Part shown: piece after piece, positions 17,087-21,538 of the stretch
Layout of the letters: each line of letters begins with the position of its first letter
Position numbering within the stretch: the stretch's first letter is position 1
Source: an uncultured bacterium
GTDB lineage: Bacteria; T1Sed10-126
Direction: 5' to 3'
Length of the DNA stretch: 21,538 nucleotides
Assembly: GCA_964566495.1 (NCBI GenBank)
Contig: CAZMIT010000020.1
Location: forward strand, 1-21,538
Position numbers and translations under genes: made by a program
The notes under the pieces: model-generated
Told to the model about the DNA's origin: nothing
Seen by the model: the letters and a program-made list of their open reading frames with translations, nothing else
The model's database searches: none

Positions 17087-18778
17087 TTAGAGGTGGACTC
17101 GTCGCAACTTCCAGGGAGCTATGCGGCGTTTCGGTAGCTTGCCAATTGAATGCCTGCTGTTGCGGAGGTCGATTTTCTCTCCCGTGGTTAATTTCCTTCT
17201 CTGGCGCTTCAGTAGCGTGACTACGATCGGAAGCTCGGGGTCGTCAGTCTGCCTTTCTACTAAACAGCGCTGGCCTGTACCCAGGTAGACTTCAGTTGCG
17301 GAAGGAAATACACCCGTTTGCGAACAGAAATGATTTAACAGATCCGTCCCAAATCGGTGTTCAAAGTTCCACAGCCTGTTGTAAGTTCTCCCCGGGGAGA
17401 GGGCTGGTCGCCAGGCCCATTCGGTGGTTAAGACATCATAGGCGGAACAGACGTCTATTCTGTTAGCCTCCCGCAGGACCCACTCAGTTTCAGGACCACT
17501 GCGTTCTGTCTGAACGTCAATTACTTCCAGTGCTTCAGGAGGAAAACCGGAAACCGCTTTAAGAATTTTTAAAGAGTCAGAAAGCATTTCATCAATCTCC
17601 TCGCTACCGACGCGTCTGTCCCCAACAACAGGATGACATCGGCCAACGAGTTGGGGTCTTTCCAGCAGACCGACTTCCCGAAAGAGAATAGCCGGTAATC
17701 TATTTACAAACTCTCGGTCTAAGAGGTCTTGAGGCCAGTTTTGTGCATAGAGTAGCAACCTGTTTATAGCCTGTGAAATGAGGTTGTTATTTGTTGGTCC
17801 CGGTTCGGTTATCCCCCAGTAAGGGTCAGGCAATTGAGTCGCTATAGTTGTCAACTGCTGGTTTAAACGTTTGACAAGATGTGGATAAAATACTTTTTTT
17901 ACAACAACTGAGTGAAAAATTTGTCTTACGCAATCGAAGAAATTTTTGATGTCACTGCTTCCTGGATTTTCCTGCGGTGGTGAAAGCAATTCGCACTTAA
18001 CAGAGTTGAGATTGCTCTCTTCAACCTGATAATTTTTAATTGCCAGGTCGTGAATAGTTTCTACCAGGGCCGGCCGTGGTGGCTTTTCGTCGTATTGACT
18101 CAACTGCCCCTGTATTTTTCCGTAAATTTTCTCGTCTCCTTCTTCAGCCAGAACATTTGCAAACAGAGCTCGTTGGGTGAGCAGATCAAAGAGATGGCCA
18201 AATAAAAGGGCGGTCAGCTCTTGCTGGCGGGTTGAAAAGTTCAGCTCAGCAGGATTTCTTCCTGGGTTGGCGAGGAGGTCGCTGACTTGATTGATAATCA
18301 TTTGTTCATGATAAGAATTTGCACTTTCGTGCAGTCTTTCGAGTAATTTATTTTCAGTCTGTCTTAGTTGTTGAAATTTTTCAAGGCTGAGGGCTAATTT
18401 TTCTTTTTCCCCCGGGTTCTCCATAGATTCAAGAAAAGTAATTACCAGATCCTTGAGATAGGCCGGGCGATAGATTCCCTGGAGTTTACGGTGAACCTTG
18501 CTCATCTCTTCGCTTATTTCCTGCTTTTTGTGGACAGAAAGCTTGTGAATTTCTATCTGTCGAGGAAGAAACCAGTCGCGATAGTGGCGGCTCACCCAGA
18601 TTTTTTCACGTCGTGTTTTCTGCAACTGATTTAGTAGTGGTTCAGGAATGGGTTCGCCCCGCTCGGTTTTGTAACGACCGCCTGCCCCTGTATCCTTCAG
18701 CAATTTGTCGTGGTTGGCGCGAACATTTTCAAGTTTCAAATAAAGCGGAAAATCAACGTTACCCAGGTGTAGTTTCAC
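17087..18778 (-). CDS. Degenerate HD-GYP-like protein (paralog 2)
   Basis: PAILFREVG (for LHDIG), EANRIDVCSAYDVLTTEWAWRPAL (for ARIxAVADxYDALTSxRPYR), FGTDLLNHFCSQTGVFPSATEVYLGTGQRCLV C-terminal extension; colinear with 18775-20451. Confidence 0.75.
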   Translation of the reverse strand: MKLHLGNVDFPLYLKLENVRANHDKLLKDTGAGGRYKTERGEPIPEPLLNQLQKTRREKIWVSRHYRDWFLPRQIEIHKLSVHKKQEISEEMSKVHRKLQGIYRPAYLKDLVITFLESMENPGEKEKLALSLEKFQQLRQTENKLLERLHESANSYHEQMIINQVSDLLANPGRNPAELNFSTRQQELTALLFGHLFDLLTQRALFANVLAEEGDEKIYGKIQGQLSQYDEKPPRPALVETIHDLAIKNYQVEESNLNSVKCELLSPPQENPGSSDIKNFFDCVRQIFHSVVVKKVFYPHLVKRLNQQLTTIATQLPDPYWGITEPGPTNNNLISQAINRLLLYAQNWPQDLLDREFVNRLPAILFREVGLLERPQLVGRCHPVVGDRRVGSEEIDEMLSDSLKILKAVSGFPPEALEVIDVQTERSGPETEWVLREANRIDVCSAYDVLTTEWAWRPALSPGRTYNRLWNFEHRFGTDLLNHFCSQTGVFPSATEVYLGTGQRCLVERQTDDPELPIVVTLLKRQRRKLTTGEKIDLRNSRHSIGKLPKRRIAPWKLRRVHL

Positions 18779-20451
18779 GTCAAAATATCCCGTACCAGAC
18801 AGTTTCGTTTTGACCAGGGGGCTACCCGGCCTGACGGAACTTCACCTATGGAGAGGCTGCTTTCTCGTAGGTCTAAACGCTCAATTAGTTTTATTTCATC
18901 ATCTCTGTTTTCTTCTATTTTTATAATAAGTGGGAGCTCTGGATTGTCGGTCTGTCGCTCAACGAAACAGCTGCTGTTGTCGGTCAACCTGGCGGTTATT
19001 CCCGAGGGATATACACCAATCCCGGAACAAAAATCGTTTAGCAATTCGGGACCATAGTCGCCAGTGAATTTCCACAGCTGATTGAAGGCTCGACCCGGGG
19101 CAATTGCTTGTCGCCAGGGCCAGTTTGTCGTTAGTAAGTCATAAGCGGCGCAGAGGTCCACCCGCCGCGCCTCGCGAATTGTCCACTCGGCTCCCGGCCC
19201 GGCGTTTTCAGTTTGGTGGGCGATTATTTCCAACGATTCCGGAGGAAAACCTGAAATTTGTCGGAGAATCTGCGTTGAATCGATAAGAAAGCTGTGGATT
19301 TTTTCGTTTTCAGCTCGTTTGTCAGGAAGAACCCTGTGGCATCGGCCTACCAGAACCGGGTTCTGAAGCAAACCAATCTCCCGAAAAAGCAGGGCGGGGA
19401 GTCGGTTCAGGGCGTCGCTGCTCAGTATTTCCTCGGGCCATACCTGGGCGTAAAAAACTATTCGATTGATCCCGGGTTTGATCAACCCGCTTCCCTGCGG
19501 GGAGGTATCCGTAAGTAGCCAGTGGGGGTCCGGGAGTGAGTTTAGCAGCTGTTCAAGTTGTTTACGCAAACGTCTGGCCAGATGGGGGAGGTAGGTCCGC
19601 CACTGGGCAACTGCCAGGTAAAATTCGCTCGCTGTGCTGTAAAAGTTGTTTATTTTCTCTGAGATATCTTCACGGTTTATCGGCGTGAGTAACTCCTCGC
19701 TGACAGCTGAGTTTTCGGCGGCAATAGGGGGTTCTTCGCTACGCAGCGATTTTATTTGTAGGATTTGAATTATATCCGGATCAACCTCAAGTTCGTCAAA
19801 TTGGCTCAATAGTGCCTGTATTTTTTTGATCAGAGTTTTATTTTTATTTTCAATCAGCACTTCTTTAAAGCTATTTTTTACCGACAAGACTTGATAGATG
19901 TGACGGAATATTTTACCAGCCAGAAGCTGTCGTTCCCCGGGTAAAGATAGGTTTTTCAGGTTTCTTCCTGGTCGAGCCACCAGGGAACTGGTTTCAGCTG
20001 CTATCCTCTGGTAAAAGGAGCTGTTGTTCACGTCATTAAGTTCTTGATGTAATTTTTTTTCGTCCTGTTTTAGTTCCACCAGGGATGTTTGGAGTTCTTC
20101 TGGAAGTTGTTGCTTGCTTGTCAACTGACTGTTTTCGCGAACGTAGCTAACCAGTTGCATTAGTCTGTCCGGATGAGTAATACCGTCCAGTTTGTTGATG
20201 ACTCGCCCCTGGTCTCGCGGTACTTTTTCAGTCGCTTTAGTTTTTATACCATGCAAACGCGCCGATTCACGCGTAAACCAGTGTTCATAACTGCGTTCAA
20301 TCCAGGCTCTTCTAATTTCCCGGCTTTTGAGCTTTGAAAGTAATGATTTGCTGACCTGGTCTCCCTGGACCGCCAGATATTGGTCGCCGTGGTGAATGTC
20401 CTTGAGCAGCCGGTCTTTCCCAGGCGATATTTTTTCTAACTTGACAAGCAA
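18775..20451 (-). CDS. Degenerate HD-GYP-like protein (paralog 1); start uncertain
   Basis: N-terminal KISPGKDRLLKDI...QGDQVSKSLLSKLKSREIRRAWI segment typical of HD-GYP proteins; PALLFREIG, IIAHQTENAGPG, EARRVDLCAAYDLLTTNWPWR and IGVYPSG. Confidence 0.78.
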   Translation of the reverse strand: MLVKLEKISPGKDRLLKDIHHGDQYLAVQGDQVSKSLLSKLKSREIRRAWIERSYEHWFTRESARLHGIKTKATEKVPRDQGRVINKLDGITHPDRLMQLVSYVRENSQLTSKQQLPEELQTSLVELKQDEKKLHQELNDVNNSSFYQRIAAETSSLVARPGRNLKNLSLPGERQLLAGKIFRHIYQVLSVKNSFKEVLIENKNKTLIKKIQALLSQFDELEVDPDIIQILQIKSLRSEEPPIAAENSAVSEELLTPINREDISEKINNFYSTASEFYLAVAQWRTYLPHLARRLRKQLEQLLNSLPDPHWLLTDTSPQGSGLIKPGINRIVFYAQVWPEEILSSDALNRLPALLFREIGLLQNPVLVGRCHRVLPDKRAENEKIHSFLIDSTQILRQISGFPPESLEIIAHQTENAGPGAEWTIREARRVDLCAAYDLLTTNWPWRQAIAPGRAFNQLWKFTGDYGPELLNDFCSGIGVYPSGITARLTDNSSCFVERQTDNPELPLIIKIEENRDDEIKLIERLDLRESSLSIGEVPSGRVAPWSKRNCLVRDILT

Positions 20452-20517
20452 AGGAAAAGAAATCTCTGTTCGAGCGAATATTATAGTGTCATTAATGGCT
20501 GATCACTCCAAAGTTTC

Positions 20518-20547
20518 TTGACAGCTTATTAGTGAACAAGATAAATT
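20518..20547 (+). promoter_or_regulatory. Possible sigma70 promoter for the TonB-dependent receptor
   Basis: TTGACA (20518-20523), N18, TAAATT. Confidence 0.3.
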
Positions 20548-20614
20548 TATGATACCAGCTTGTTAGTTTAGATGAAAGAGTGGAATACATGGAAGCAGAA
20601 TCTTCCAACAATTT

Positions 20615-20807
20615 CGTCATTGTCGAGAACGAATAACGTCCCAAGGAACGAATAACGTCCCAAGGCTTGACTCGGCAATCCATCTTGACGATACCATAGA
20701 TTCCCGGTCTGCGGTCCTGAACACTCAATTGAGCCTGTATAAGCAATTTCGACGCTGCTTCACCCTTGCGCTTTCGATTGAGTGCTCGGTCCCTTGCCCG
20801 GAATGAC
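20615..20807. repeat. REPIN-like pair: type A with two 19-bp units (+, 20615-20681) and type B with 79-nt cargo (-, 20699-20807)
   Basis: CGTCATTGTCGAG-[AACGAATAACGTCCCAAGG]x2-CTTGACTCGGCAATCC; reverse strand GTCATTCCGGGCAAG-[79 nt]-CGCAGACCGGGAATC. Confidence 0.85.
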
Positions 20808-20867
20808 ATTAGAAGATTTTGACATAGAGGATAGAAACTGTAAGCAAAGAATAAGGGAGTTTTCAAG

Positions 20868-21538
20868 ATGACTTTATTAGTCAGAACGAAGGATTTTTCT
20901 TTCATCGGGATAGTATTCTTTTTAGTAACGATTTTAGTCATTTTTTCAACCACAGCCGGGCGAGCAACTCCTTCGCTTGAGGAAGAGTTATTCGAGCAGG
21001 TCGAGGAGGAAGCCGAGTTTTTTCGCGCCGAGGAGCTGGTTGTAACCACGGCGGCTCGCTATGCCCAGGATATTGAGGATGCACCTTCCAATGTAACCGT
21101 CTGGCGGCGCGAGGATATTCGGCGTAGTGGCGCCCAGACAATTGCTGATCTCTTAGAACGTGAGGTTGGCATTCACGTTCCAATAACTGAGGAGAGTATT
21201 CGTTCTGCCTGGATTCGTGGGGTGGCACGCAGTCGTAATACCAGAATTTTATTATTGTTAGACGGTGTGCCGATACAGGATGGTGTCTATTCCCAGGCCT
21301 TTATTGGCGAGGAAATTCCTATCCACCAGGTAGAACAGATAGAGTTCATTCGGGGGCCGGGTTCGGCCATGTATGGGGCCAACGCATTCAGTGGTGTTGT
21401 CAACTTGCAAACGGTCAAAGGTGCCGATTACGACAAGAGCGAGCTTGAATTTAATGTCGGTAGTCGTGATTATCGAAAGGCAAACTTCCTTTCCGGGGGC
21501 AGCCAGGAACTTAACTGGGGGGACGAGTCTGTTGAGGC
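20868..21538 (+). CDS. TonB-dependent receptor, N-terminal plug domain (3'-truncated; absent from the ORF track)
   Basis: Manual translation from ATG 20868 (SD AAGGGAG): signal peptide, VVTTAARYAQDIEDAPSNVTVWRREDIRRSGAQTIADLL, ILLLLDGVP, QIEFIRGPGSAMYGANAFSGVVN. Confidence 0.93.
   Translation, partial: MTLLVRTKDFSFIGIVFFLVTILVIFSTTAGRATPSLEEELFEQVEEEAEFFRAEELVVTTAARYAQDIEDAPSNVTVWRREDIRRSGAQTIADLLEREVGIHVPITEESIRSAWIRGVARSRNTRILLLLDGVPIQDGVYSQAFIGEEIPIHQVEQIEFIRGPGSAMYGANAFSGVVNLQTVKGADYDKSELEFNVGSRDYRKANFLSGGSQELNWGDESVE

Noticed and set aside
447..19518. Numerous 60-170 aa ORFs nested within or antisense to the main genes
   Set aside because: These are shadow ORFs of well-supported CDSs with no independent evidence.
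20492..21228. Minus-strand ORFs 20492-21049 and 20938-21228
   Set aside because: They are antisense to the TonB-dependent receptor; the first also runs through REP-like repeats; neither has recognisable motifs.

Overview
Bacterial chromosomal window from a probable diderm (TonB-dependent receptor present) with notably acidic exported proteins. The left part is housekeeping or accessory: the aconitase A 3' end, a DtxR/MntR regulator, a NUDIX plus eIF-2B-like pair, a short DnaJ/CbpA protein, YjbQ, an LA_2272-like exported protein and a secreted S8 protease with a T9SS-like C-terminal domain. The centre is a 9-gene, largely translationally coupled, atypical chemosensory operon: two orphan periplasmic binding proteins, one full MCP, two further membrane MCP-like proteins, CheW, CheA, CheX and CheY. 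All three receptors have degenerate signalling tips, and there is no CheR, CheB or CheD in the window. The operon abuts convergently a tandem pair of paralogous HD-GYP-like proteins that lack the catalytic motifs, followed by a divergent TonB-dependent receptor that is absent from the ORF track. The intergenic regions hold a modular REP/REPIN-like family. One hairpin type carries 0, 1 or 2 copies of a 19-bp unit at the same site, and its partner type carries variable 13/28/79-nt cargo. There is also a perfect 36-bp palindrome and a candidate ~113-nt structured RNA upstream of yjbQ. All assignments come from motif recognition by eye; no searches were run.
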